Notes under the pieces: model-generated
Database searches by the model: none
The model's input: only the letters and a program-made list of their open reading frames with translations
What the model was told of the DNA's origin: nothing
Shown: positions 49,502 to 61,768 of the stretch, in pieces
Numbering within the stretch: position 1 is the stretch's first letter
How the letters are laid out: every line of letters starts with the position of its first letter
Program-made: the position numbers and the translations under genes
Assembly: GCA_964234715.1 (NCBI GenBank)
Contig: OZ174277.1
Length of the DNA: 64,000 bases
Direction: 5' to 3' (one strand)
From: Podarcis melisellensis
Lineage: Eukaryota

Positions 49502-51247
49502 TTTCAATAGCATTGATGAACCAGACCCAAGTATTCCTCTTCCATGAACCTGGGACAGGTTGTTCTATGGGGAAAGGTGCATGATGGATAGTATATGCGC
49601 ACCATTAAGGATGCACCCAAACGTATGCCGCTGACATCACTGGTTAAACTTGTCCTTTTTTTGTATCCCCATAATTACGTATGGATTGCTTGATGCAGAT
49701 TCCTGTCTTTGTATTTGCATAATATGCAGATTCGTAATTAAAAGGAAATTAATATATGATTGATTTTTTCAAATGGAAATTAGTGTGTGGTAGATTTGCT
49801 TTCCAGCACTATTTAACAATGGATCTAAAGAATTTCCACACATCCAACAGATAGGAAAGGGAAATACAACTGCACCAGGTTGCTACTGATTATAGATAAG
49901 AGGCTCTTGTGGGATTTTTCTGTGCAGATACACAGTAAACCAAAGGTCCAAAGGTTTCCTTAATAAATTGGCTGGCAAGCAATATCAATCCTGCCCTGGC
50001 ATGACCTAGCACATAATAGTTTGCATATTGTAGCAGCAGAAGCAACAAGATGGTTAATCTCTGTGTGCTTATTTCAAACTTTCTGTGGACCTCAAAGGTC
50101 AATGTGATTTATTAACACCAACTGAAGATTATTTAGAATGTAGAGCAAAGGTGTTGGGGAAGTGTGAGCTGGAAGGCAATTGTATGGCCAGAATTTTATC
50201 ATTCTTATCTTTATTTTCTTCAGAAACAGTCCCACTGTTTGTCCTCTTTGGAGGGAGAGGCTAAAGGTTTTTTTGAGATGCTGGGCTTTCCTATGCTCTC
50301 TTCAATAGTTGCTCGTAACCATAGGGCTAAATGCATGGAGGGAGAACATGACTGGGTTGAGTCTGGGGACTCTCCAGCTTCATCTGCCAACTGGAGCTCT
50401 CAACATCTGCCTCAAAGTCCTATTGCCCATAGAGAAAGAGGCTTGCCCAAGCAGAATCACTGAATTCCATACATCCCCTTGGAATGTAATAGTTTGCCTG
50501 TATCACATTGACCCCTGCAATTTTCGCTACAGATCCATGTTGGTTCCTATACTCATTTCTTCTCTGAGTTCCCTGTTGAATATCAGTACCAAATGATGCT
50601 CACACTCTCAGCCATCAGCCTGAGAGCTGACTCCTGTCAGGTACACAGGGAAATCCCATTTCCCTATTCAATGGGTATCTCTATTGACCTGCCTGGATAG
50701 TCATAAAACACTGCTGCTATTGCTACTGCCACTAATAAATGCTACGGTGCATGGCTATAGTCAAACACTATTGATTTTGCAGTTTAGATGGCACTATGAG
50801 CAAAAATACCATACAGTGTAATTATTCCAGTCCCCAAAAGTTTAATGTGTATATATAGGACGAGAGAGGACTCATCAAGACACAAAGCTTACCTGTTTTT
50901 GAAAGTTCCGTTAATTCTGAGAGAATTCCATCTTACCCACACCCAAATGGCTCTTTCAGCAGAAACTGATTCAAATGTAATGAAGGGTGATTAATAGAAA
51001 GCAAATTGAAGAGTCATTAATCAACCTGCATGGTGAGGAGGGCAGAGGAACGGACAGGGAAATTCTAAGCTCCTTGAGTTTGACACTGAGTGAAATAAAA
51101 GGTAGACCAAGGGCTACAAAGTTCATGAATATGTTCCAATTAATCTGTATGCATGCACTGCAATGCTCTTTAGTTTGGTTCATTTAAATCTGAAATTCCC
51201 TTCCCCGTTGATGTCAGCTAGTTAGCCAAGATGGTGCATTACCGTTA

Positions 51248-51387
51248 NNNNNNNNNNNNNNNNNNNNNNNNNNNNNNNNNNNNNNNNNNNNNNNNNNNNN
51301 NNNNNNNNNNNNNNNNNNNNNNNNNNNNNNNNNNNNNNNNNNNNNNNNNNNNNNNNNNNNNNNNNNNNNNNNNNNNNNNNNNNNNNN
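51248..51387. other. Assembly gap (140 N)
   Basis: Run of N. Confidence 1.
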
Positions 51388-52949
51388 TTGGCTGGCTGTC
51401 AGTTATCAGCAAGAATATTTGTTCCTAAATGGTTTGTGCTCATCCATATTCCACTGCAATCCAGAGGCCCATATTATCACTAATATTTGCAGTAAAAGTG
51501 TTTCAGATCTGCTGATACACTTTAGTAATACTGATTTATGAGTCTGAAGTAGCTCCCTTTCTGATTCAAGGATGTGAACCTTCTTGTCAGAAAGCGGCAA
51601 AAGAAAAAGGAAAATCTATCCACCATAACAGTTGAAGTTGAGGTTTCTTCCTGCAAACTCCTCTGACCTCTGCAGGGTTATGTGCTGTTGGCATGATTAG
51701 AAGAGATATGCAGAAAGAAAAGGGGTAGGGGAGAATCCTTAATTATTTCTGCAGATTCTTCCACCTTCCTAAGAAGAGACATTGCATTTGATATTTATTT
51801 TTCCTTGAAAAACAGCTTCCACAGCTTGAGCAAAATTCTCCAGTTGGTTGTTCCTCGTGCAGAGTGTTTGGCTGGCTTGCTATTGAACTTGGGAGTGGGC
51901 CGTCAATCAAAAGACTGGAGTATTTGACATCCTTCTCCAGTCTGTCCAATGGATTTAACTGCCCCAAATATTGTTCAACAAGCTGCCACTTTTAATGTAT
52001 CCTACTAATCTTTTGGGATTTTGTTGCATTTATTTTGGAGTCTTATTCATAGTTCTGTGATTTATTTATTTAGAATGGAGGAATGGTGACATACAAATGT
52101 TAAAATGAACACTTATTCTCACCTTTCAGTCTTTGTAAATCAGTCAGCACAGAAGAGAACTTTGCTAAATCTGCTTTTAATTATATTAGAAGTAGGCATC
52201 CAAGTTACACACATACTGCTGTGGTTCTGTGGAGAGTCTTACTTCAGTATCGGGTGCAGGTGTTAATGTTAACTTCAGAGTTAATCTACAGCTGTACCAA
52301 TGATCCACCTGTGAAAAGGTTTTTCTGAGGTGAAGAGCAATTTCTCAGCCAAGGTGAATGAGCATATCTTACACAAAGTTAAGGATGCCTGGGGGCCACT
52401 TCTTATAAGATGCAGTGCTGCACTCGAGTACAGATGCCTGAACACAGAATACAGTCTCTTTTTTCCCTTCAATTGCACATTGTGCAGGTGGGTGCTTGAA
52501 TTGCTCCTGTTCTCTGCAAAGCAGTGATTAGGGAAGAATTGGGCCCTTGCAGTTGCATTTTTTGAGAAATCTAAGTATAATATGTAGGCTTGCTTAAAAT
52601 GAAACATGAAAGCTGCTAAATACCTGTGAACATGCTGAACCTACCTGCGTGCCCATCACTATGGCAACTGAGTTACACCTTGTATGGTCAGGTATCTAAG
52701 GCTCTGTGTCTTCATGTGACTCTCTTAGGGAGCTGCACAGGCCTGCTGGATAAAAGATCATCACACATTCTACCAGTGGCTGGTGGAAATTGTGACTGGT
52801 GTGGCAGAAGGCATGGAATTCAATAATAAGGAAGAGGAGGAGAAAACTGACAGCCAGTGTCAGCTCCTGTAAGTAAGTAAGGTGATGGCTGGCTGAGGGC
52901 AGACAGGTTGGGGGGCAGTGCCCTACTTGCCCTAATCGTCTGACCTCCA

Positions 52950-53712
52950 TACCAAACCATTACTGTGTTCTTCAGAAGAGGGCTTCCTGTAGATACCATC
53001 CTGTCATGAGGTCTATTCTGCACAATGTCAGAATCAGGCCTGTAGTGTGTTGGCACATACACTCTCCTATTCCAAATCAGACAAGCGCTTTCTCTATTGA
53101 CTTTTTGGTACCTGCTAAAGATATTCCTTTCCACAGGTGGCACTGTGGTCTAAACCACTGAGCCTCTTGGGCTTGCTGATCAGAAGGTCGGTGGTTCAAA
53201 TCCCCATGATGGGTGAGCTCCCGTTGCTCTGTCCCAGCTCTTGCCAACCTAGCAGTTCAAATGCACACACACACAAAAAGTGCAAGTAAATAAATAGGTA
53301 CCGCTCCGGCGGGAAAGTAAATGGTGTTTCTGTGCATTGCCCTGGTTTTAGTCATGCTGGCCACATGACCCAGAAAAACTGTCTGCGGACAAACGTCGGC
53401 TCCCTTGCCAGTAAAGTGAAATGAGCACCGCACTTGCGACTGGACTTAACTGTCAGGGGTCCTTTACCTTTAAAGATATTCCTCTTTAAACAAGCCTTCT
53501 AAAATCCTTATCTCACTTGTGACTTGTCTTGGATATGAACTGATTTCATGTATGGGCTACCAAACTCCTTATATATGTGTAATTGTTTAATTGTTTTTAT
53601 ATATACATTTTAAGTATTTTTGTCTTTGTAATTTTTACATTTGTTTTTAATATATAGTAAAATGCTTTGCGATACCTCATGGGAAGTGATTCAATAATAA
53701 TAATTGATAATA
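52950..53712 (+). mobile_element. Degenerate L2 3' end, interrupted by a Sauria SINE
   Basis: ..QIRQALSLLTF..LLKIFL|FKQAF* is continuous across the SINE, followed by an AT-rich 3' UTR ending in (AAT)n. Confidence 0.55.
53131..53470 (+). mobile_element. Sauria SINE
   Basis: Head, core (with an internal (CA)n expansion) and tail. 13-bp TSD TAAAGATATTCCT at 53116-53128 and 53471-53483. Confidence 0.93.
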
Positions 53713-55337
53713 GCCATATAGCAATCTCAGTACCTGTAGCGCGTAAGGCTATTTTTTAAAAAAATGATGGGGGGGGGGCTTACTTCTATTCTAACCAGTT
53801 AAACATTCCACAGTGACCAAGACATTATCTGCATGATTACAGCACAAACTTACGAAATAATGACCATCTTTTTTGAGCTGTTCTCCTTTTCATAAGGTCA
53901 GAGTTTAATTTTAAATATATTGTTCACTTCTGATCTAAATCTGTACTCGGATCTATTATTTATAGTGTAGTAGTTGTTTGCTAGATTTTGATGTGAGTTT
54001 TTAAAAAAAGATTTTGTTTGCGGGCGCATGAAGAAGCACTGCATTTTGCATTTGCATGCAGGAAAAACATCTATTAGCATTAGAATACTGCCATTATCCT
54101 TTCACCATATGACAGCACTATCTATAGTTCTCAGCTAAGATCAAGGCCCCTTTGTGCTCAGCAGTACAGAGAGGCACAGCATTAAGCAGTCCCAGGGTTT
54201 AGGCACTAACTATTAATTAAAGATAGGGAGAAGCTATGAAAGAAGAGGCAATGTTAATATTCCAGAGTTGTTGTTTTTAATAGGCAGGGAACTGAGAGCA
54301 GTCATTGTGCTTCTAGCATTCATGTGAGCTCCTGTGCTCGTGTACACTGATACCATGCTCCCCTATTTGCCACTTTGCCATTAGAGCAAAGGGGATAGTG
54401 TGGGTATGTGGTGAAAATGCAGGACTCACCCAAGACATTGCAAGTGGCATTGCTTGCAAGTCAAGGTACATTGTACCCAAGGCTGGACAACTTATTTTGG
54501 CACCCCAGACCAAAAGGTAATCAAGAAATCAGAAGTATCTCTCCCTTGAGTACATATGCAATTCAGTAACTCACCATTCCCCATCCTTTCCTCCCCTTAT
54601 TGACACCCAGAATCAGCCGCTCGAGGTGGCTGCCTCAATCTGCCTAATGGTAGGACTGGCCCTGTGAAAATAGCCTTTAATTGTCTGGCTTTCTAAGGCT
54701 TGATCACATTAGCCTAACCACCTCCTTATTTTTAAGGCCAACAACCACTTTCTCAAGCAAAGCATATTCTAATATTTGTGTTGAATTTCCTTTTGTGGAT
54801 TCCATGTTTTCAAACTTGCACACCCAAAAAAACATTTATCTGTATGATAGTTAGAAAGTTTATTAGCTTATTCACCTATGTAGCTATGATTGGCTAGTTC
54901 TTGATCATCTTCTTAACTGGGCAAGGTTCCCTGTTGGCCAGTCCAATTTTCAATTGAATTTTCAAACCAGAGAAGAGACCTGAGAGGGCCAAAGTATATG
55001 CAGGGCTGCCCCTACTATTAGGGCAGCCACCTCAGGCAGCTGATTTTGGGTGCCCCAAAAGGGAAGCAAATTGTTATGTTATTTGTGTTTGTAACTCCCC
55101 CCCCCCCAATCCACCAAGTAAGGAAATACTGGTTGTGGATTTTTCTGTTTTGGGTGTAGAAACTTTTGCCCCTTGCCATAGCTCCAGTCAGAATTTCAGC
55201 AACTCCTCAGCTGTTTTCAAGCTTTAAGGACATTGGAGCAGCTGATTATGGATTTTGCACAATGTGCCTATCATGGCCCGTAGACGTGTCAAATTTAGGT
55301 TTAGCCAATGGAAAGAGTATTGAGGAGAGCTCTGTGG

Positions 55338-56059
55338 GTTGTGGGTTAAACCATAGAGCCTAGGATTCCTGATCAGAAGGTCGGCGGTTCGAATCCCCGT
55401 GATGGGGGGAGCTCCCGTTGCTCGGTCCCTGCTCCTGCCAAGCTAGCAGTTCAAAAGCACGTCAAAGTGCAAGTAGATAAATAGGTACCACTCCGGCGGG
55501 AAGGTAAATGGCATTTCCGTGCACTGCTCTGGTTCGCCAGAAGCAGCTTAGTCATGCTGGCCACATGACCCGGAAGCTGTATGCCGGCTCCCTCGGCCAA
55601 TAAAGTGAGATGAGTGCGCCACAACCCCAGAGTCGGACATGGCTGGACCTAATTGTCAGGGGTCCCTTTAGGTAAAGGTAAAGGTACCCCTGCCCGTACG
55701 GGCCAGTCTTGACAGACTCTGGGGTTGTGCGCCCATCTCACTTAAGAGGCCAGGGGCCAGCGCTGTCCGGAGACACTTCCGGGTCACGTGGCCAGCGTGA
55801 CATCGCTGCTCTGGCGAGCCAGAGCCGCACACGGAAACGCCGTTTACCTTCCCGCTGGTAAGCGGTCCCTATTTATCTACTTGCACCCGGAGGTGCTTTC
55901 GAACTGCTAGGTTGGCAGGCGCTGGGACCGAGCAGCGGGAGCGCACCCCGCCGCAGGGATTCGAACCGCCGACCTTTCGATCGGCAAGTCCTAGGCGCTG
56001 AGGCTTTAACCCACAGCGCCACCTGCGTCCCCCAGGGGTCCCTTTACCTTTACTTTTTT
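55338..56059 (+). mobile_element. Sauria SINE (host copy), tail interrupted by a second SINE
   Basis: GTGGGTTAAACCATAGAGCCTAGG..GGTTCGAATCCC..core runs to 55670, and the tail resumes at 56033 (CAGGGGTCCCTTTACCTTTAC). Confidence 0.92.
55671..56032 (-). mobile_element. Sauria SINE, full length, nested antisense in another Sauria SINE
   Basis: CpG-rich full-length copy with a perfect 14-bp TSD CAGGGGTCCCTTTA at 55657-55670 and 56033-56046. Confidence 0.95.
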
Positions 56060-56274
56060 ACAGTTGCAAAATGCTTGAAAATTATCAGTCTGCTGTTAGA
56101 GAGCAAGCTGCTGCCAATAGGCTTGCTGAAAGAGGATTGTGGTATCGCAACAAACAGTGCAAAAAGCACCTATAACCATGAACCTGCAAAAATCGAAAGG
56201 GGGCAGATGAAAAAGTGGTTGTAACGACAAATCTGTACAGAAGGCTATGTTCTACAAGCACACACCTCTCCATC

Positions 56275-56486
56275 CTTCATTTAGGCAAGCAAGAGGCATT
56301 ATACAGTTCAAGGACACATTCCAGCCAGACAAAAGCATTTGAGTAGGACATGGAACACAGCAGGGATGGTGAGGGGTGTGGCCTGAGGAGAACGGGAAGG
56401 GTACATGCCTGAGATACTCCTGAGGCCCCAAAAGTGAGACCTGGGGGGCCACATTCTGCCTTCAGGCCCGAGGTTCCCCACCCCTG
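56275..56486. mobile_element. hAT-type MITE right portion
   Basis: Ends GGGGGGCCACATT..GGCCCGAGGTTCCCCACCCCTG, a hAT-like right TIR. Left boundary is uncertain. Confidence 0.5.
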
Positions 56487-56935
56487 TTATATGAGATATA
56501 TGCCAACAACCACAAGCAGAAGTTACCAACTGAGCTATGTGAGGACCCAGAAACAAGCTATTCTTGTATTGAGGAATCTTAGCCTCCTTTGTGCATGCAT
56601 TGCATACAGAATGACACCCTGGGGACATGGAACTGTCCCCACTCCCAAGATCATGCCATTCCTTGGTCCTGTTTCCCAGTATCTACACATTAGCAACCTA
56701 ATTGTTCAGGGTTCCAGACTGTTGTTTTAACTGTTATGCTGTTTCAATGGGCTTGTTTGTTATACGTTTTAATAATGGATATTGTTTTACAGTATATTTC
56801 AGTGACAGGTAGCTATGTTTTTTTAAATTGGTTTTATTTTTGTTATTTTGCCTTTGCCTTTTATTTGTTTATAAACCAAGTGGTATTCCTTCTTGGACTA
56901 AAAGGTGGAATATATTAATTATCATCTGTTCGTTT

Positions 56936-57160
56936 GTTATCACATTTATATCCCACCTTTTCCTCCAAGGAGCTCAAGGTGGTGTACATGGTTCTCCGGC
57001 TCATCGTGTAATCCCTGCAACAACACTGTGAGGAAGGTTAGGCTGAGAGGCAGAGACTAACCCAGGCCACCCAGTGAAGTTCATGGCAATGTGGGGTTTT
57101 GAACCACAATCTCCCAGGTCCTAATCTGACAACCTAACCATTACACCATTACTGACTCTC
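56936..57160 (-). mobile_element. tRNA-derived SINE (Squam2/MIR-like)
   Basis: Reverse-complement homologue of 60525-60745 (ATTTATATCCCACCTTTTCCTCCAAGGAGCTCAAGGTGG...). Confidence 0.75.
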
Positions 57161-57166
57161 TAATAG

Positions 57167-57556
57167 TGTTAGGGCAGAACTGAGTGAAAAAGAACAAGAT
57201 TCAACAGATATACCTATTTCTGCTGAGATCTGTGTTGTCCTCAGGCAAAACTAAAACAAAACCATTAGCTAAAACTGTAAAACAATGGGTGGGTGGGACT
57301 ATAGCTTGAGTATGGCTGCTGTACTTTTAAAAGAGAAGCCCATGATGATATAAGCTCTGTGTGGTTCTTCATCTAAGGGAGAATGCAGGCTTTGTATGTT
57401 GGTTCATCCTGCTGCTTTCTTGCTTTTATATACCCCTTAGTCTCTGAATAAAGTCATAGTCTATTTTGAGTCTCAGTCTGAAACCTTGTGATGTTCATTG
57501 TGGGAAGCCTATACATAGCATGTTCTGTGATGGAAGGGACCCAGATTTCCCTGACA
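57167..57556 (+). mobile_element. Possible solo LTR
   Basis: Termini TGTTAGGG / CCCTGACA form a near-perfect 8-bp inverted repeat with TG..CA. TATAA at ~57349 and AATAAA at ~57447. No TSD seen. Confidence 0.4.
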
Positions 57557-58129
57557 CATTTTAAAGGTGGAATTTGCTGGGGGGCCACATTATATTTAAC
57601 TTCCTGTTTAGTTTGGATAACCCAAGATAGCAAAAATAACTGATTTTGTTTGCTTGCTTTTGTTTTGTTTTAAATACACAAAGCTTTCCATCTGGAGTCT
57701 GAATGACATAGAGCAACCAAAACAAATACAGCCTCATAACTCCACTTTAAATTGGTTCTTCTAGTGCTAAATTGGTTCTTATTTTTGTTACTGTGGAAAT
57801 GACAATGCACAAATTCCACAAAATAAGTTTGCTTTTCAAATGCAGCACATCAAGGTTTGTTTTACAGATTAGTCCAGACACAAAACCAAGTGAAAATTGT
57901 CTGTTCCTTCAAAATGTCATAGAAGAGCCTGGGTTTGTCAGGTCTGCTGTATAAACCAGGCAAACTGACACACACACCCTCCGTATTTACAAAAAGCTTA
58001 AGGAAAGCTACGTGAACACACCTGAGCAACAGTTACTGACCAGAACTTATTGCCTTTCTTGTCAGAAATTTCCCAACTGCTATTTATCATCTGTATGGGA
58101 AGATCTGTGTGCAGTCTTATTACAACAGT

Positions 58130-58470
58130 CCTCTTACAACAACCTTGTCAGGTAGTTCCCCATTTCTGATTTTATAGACAAATAACTGAGGTGAAGATAA
58201 AGCAACTTGTCCAATGCAGCACTGTGATCCCATTCACTGGTGGAGAAAGAGGTGGGCAGGGGGAGTGCACCACCCCTGGCAGCGCGATCCCGGTGTGGTT
58301 CCATCGTGGCTGCCCCCTCCTGCCTGCACTGGGCACCCTGACCCCGCAGGTGGCACACCCCACCCCCGGGACGCGCGCCAGGCCCACCCCCACCTTCTCT
58401 CCGCTCCCAGTCCCAGAGCATGAAGCTCCACCACTGATCCCATTGCAGAGGTGAGGATTCAGCCTAACCA
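58130..58470 (-). mobile_element. MIR/CORE-like SINE remnant split by a MITE
   Basis: TTTTATAGACAAATAACTGAGG..AAGCAACTTGTCCAA resembles the rc CORE sequence, and continues after the MITE as GCAGAGGTGAGGATTC. Confidence 0.5.
58235..58436. mobile_element. GC-rich hAT-type MITE
   Basis: TIRs CACTGGTGGAG / CTCCACCACTG (1 mismatch) and a perfect 8-bp TSD ATCCCATT at 58227-58234 and 58437-58444. Confidence 0.88.
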
Positions 58471-58643
58471 CATAGAAACTATCACAGAAAATAACTTTAG
58501 TGACCAATAAAGGAACAGAGAAAGCTGCCTCATACTGAGGCAGATGGACCAATAGTCTGGCTCAGCATATGGCACCTTCCTATGCTTTCTTTTATATACT
58601 AGTAACAAAATAGTAGCCAACTTAAAGGACAGCCGAGATGATA

Positions 58644-58924
58644 ATAGAATTATTGAATTATTGAATTGTGGAGTTGGAACGGACTCCTGGGACCATCTAG
58701 TCCAACCTACTGCAATGCAGGAATCTTAACTAAAGCATCCCTGACAGATGACCATCTAGCCTCTGCTCAAAAATCTCAAAAGATGAGTCCACCACCTTGT
58801 GAGGGAGTCTGTTCCATGTCAACAGGCTCTTACTGTCAGAAAGTTCTTCCTGATGTTTAGTCAGAATCTCCTTTCTTGTAACTTGAAGTCATTGGTTCAG
58901 GTCCTACCTTCTGGCACAGTAGAA
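58644..58924 (-). mobile_element. CR1 LINE 3' fragment
   Basis: 8-nt tail repeats (ATTGAATT) and a body homologous to 21283-21550. Confidence 0.85.
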
Positions 58925-60524
58925 GTAACATTAGGGTCCTGATCTAGATTGGTACCCCATGCCTGATATTTACTTCTTTTAAAATTGCTAATTGTGTGAA
59001 TGGCAGGTCAGCAAGGTTGTTCTTAAATAAACTCTTTAATGCATGCTTCAAAAGTTTGTAACTCTTAAGCTTACAAACCTATTCCATTTCCTTTGGGAAA
59101 TATATCTACGCAATTTTTTAAAAAATGGGATTGGCAATTGCTTAACTTTATGGCATATTGTAAATTGTCCTTACAATAAAACTTGTGATTTCTCTTCCCA
59201 CCAAACTCAAGTTATTATCCGAATGCAAATGTTTTTCAGGGATGCCCCCATAACTATATGCCAGGCCCCCAATCTGTGCTGCACAACCCATTTCTTTAGG
59301 GAAGTCTTGCCAGAATTATCCAAAGCCCCATCTTATCTGCGACTCCACTGATGACTGAAGATGCCCTGCCCCATCTATTGTAAACATTCTGGATTGGAGT
59401 CGTGTAACCCCATGTTCTGTGCCTGATTGAAGTCAATGAACATATTTCCATTACCTTCTCTGGATTTGAAGTTCACAATCCCCATATCTACCACTGACTA
59501 TAAAAGGTCTTTGGGTTTTATGCAGAGGAGACATTTTGTATTACATTGATCTTCCCTCATATATCTAGTTCTGCAGTCTTCTTTAACCAGAAACTCTGTG
59601 ATGACAGCGATATGAAATATAAGATAGGATGATAATAAGCTGGAAAAGAGATATTTCTTATGGGCAGAGTTTTCGCCGCTCTTCTTGGAGTTTCATCAAG
59701 TCTAACACTGGCCCGGCTAACCTTTGTGCTATTAAAATACATACATACATAAAAAAGAACCAAGACATTTAAATGTCAGAAGTTGGCTCATGTTCTTTAG
59801 CATCACCCAAATAATACAGACTACACAAATACTCATCTCAGTGAATTATGGGGCTCAGCTACAAGCGAAATGGAAATCTGCTACTAAAGGCAGACTCCAC
59901 TGAAAGTCTGTAAAAGTGTTTCTTTGAAACGTGATAGAGACTATTTGGGGGAAATTACTTCAGTGCCTTATTGTGTTCCTCTCTATAGTCTAGTTGTATC
60001 CATGTGGTTTAAAAAACAAAAAAACCCTTGTTTTCTTCTGCCTGACACTTCAGTTACTCTGAGAATTAAATGTGGATCATCATTGCTCTATATTTGTCAT
60101 GCTACCTTGTCTATTGTTGAGGAAGACTGGCCCAAGATGTTTTGCTGCCTGGAGCAAAGGACAAGATGAGGCTCCCCACCCCACAATTCCACATACAGAA
60201 GCCAGTCAGCTGGAAGTCAAATCTTGTTGGAATCCCAAGGTGCTTTGCTTTGAATGGTTTTGGAGCACAGTGTCATCAGTACACTGCAGACACAAACTCT
60301 ATTTCTCTATAATATCTGGATTGTGTAGTTGTGCAGTAACTGAACCAGTGCTTGGACACAGTTAGACTGATTTTTAATTCAAGGAAGGCAAAGGATCTGT
60401 GGGTGACTGGTTCCTAGGTCTCCCTCTGAAACACAGGACTGGAAGCTCCGGCTGCTACAAAATGCTGCAGTTACACTGTTGATGAGGACAGACTTCTGCC
60501 TGCACAAAACTCCAGTCCTTAAAA

Positions 60525-60745
60525 GAGAGTTGTGTGGCATAGCAGTTACAGCATTGGATTAGGACAGAGGAGACCAGGGTTCAAATCCCCACTTGGCCAT
60601 AAAGCTACATGGGTGACCTTGAGCCAGTCACTGCCTCTCAGTTTTATGTGCCTCACAGGGTTATTACAGGGATTGTTTACGGAGGGGGAAAACTATGTAG
60701 ACCACCTTGAGTTCCTTGGAGGAAAAGGTGGGATATAAATGCAAT
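60525..60745 (+). mobile_element. tRNA-derived SINE (Squam2/MIR-like)
   Basis: A-box-like TGGCATAGCAG, B box GGTTCAAATCCC, CORE-like GGGTGACCTTGAGCCAGTCAC, and an L2-like 3' end GGTGGGATATAAAT. Confidence 0.78.
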
Positions 60746-60759
60746 CAGTCAACCACATG

Positions 60760-61065
60760 CTTGCACTGGCTGCCTGCCTATACACTACTTGTCCAGGTTC
60801 AAGCTTCTTGTATTAATTTACAAGGCCCTTCACAACATGGATCCAGGATATCTTAAGGACCACCTGATGCCTAATATTCTGACCTGATCATTAACCTCTT
60901 TGTGGGAGTCTTGGCTGTTGGTCCTCATAGCTCAGATGCCAAGCTCATAACTACTAGAAGCCATGGATTCAGTGTAGCGTTCCCAAGCCTGTGGAACTCC
61001 CTCCCAAATGAGATTAGACAAGCACCCTCCTTGCACATGACTTTCTTGTTTCCACAGGCATTTTA
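60760..61065 (+). mobile_element. L2 LINE ORF2 3' fragment
   Basis: LHWLP..RFKLLVLIYKALHNMDPGYLKDHL..FSVAFPSLWNSLPNEIRQAPS motifs. Confidence 0.8.
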
Positions 61066-61147
61066 AGGTAGTGTTTGATTTTATGATAACTCTTTAATGT
61101 CTCGTCCCATTTTCTGTAGATTGTTTTTATGTATGTTAATTAGATAT

Positions 61148-61240
61148 GTTACAGGTAGGTAGCCGTGTTGGTCTGCTGTAGTCGAAACAAAGGTTTTTTT
61201 AAAAAATTCCTTCCAGTAGGACCTTAGAGACCAACTAAGT
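61148..61240 (-). mobile_element. Probable terminal fragment of a second (Neptune-like) Penelope family
   Basis: GTAGCCGTGTTGGTCTG...CCAGTAGGACCTTAGAGACCAAC resembles the terminus of reptile PLE-derived repeats as I recall them. No hammerhead core is retained. Confidence 0.5.
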
Positions 61241-61408
61241 ATGTGAATAAGTAGGCAGTATATAACTATCTTAAATAAATAAACAAACAAAACAATTGAT
61301 AACATGAAGATTGATGAACCAATGGTCTTCCAGAGTTCTTCCAGATTATCTGTTTCTCCAGCATTCATTCTGATTTGCTGCACATAGTTTACAGGGTGGT
61401 CAAACTAT

Positions 61409-61768
61409 AGGTAAAGGTAAAGGTACCCCTGCCCATACGGGCCAGTCTTGCCAGACTCTAGGGTTGTGTGCTCATCTCACTCTATAGGCCGGGAGCCAGC
61501 GCTGTCTGCAGACACTTCCGGGTCACGTGGCCAGCATGACAAGCTGCATCTGGCGAGCCAGCGCAGCACACGGAACGCCGTTTACCTTCCTGCTGGTAAG
61601 CGGTCCCTATTTATCTACTTGCACCCGGGGGTGCTTTCGAACTGCTAGGTTGGCAGGCGCTGGGACCGAACGACGGGAGCGCACCCCGCCGCAGGGATTC
61701 TAACCACCAACCATGTGATCGGCAAGCCCTAGGCGCTGAGGTTTTACCCACAACACCACCCGCGTCCC
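61409..61768 (-). mobile_element. Sauria SINE, full length
   Basis: Same subfamily as 4484 and 55671. 12-bp TSD TGGTCAAACTAT at 61397-61408 and 61781-61792. Confidence 0.95.

Noticed and set aside
50480-50500. TGGAATGTAA, resembling the miR-1/206 5' end
   Set aside because: The match stops after 10 nt and no hairpin partner is evident.
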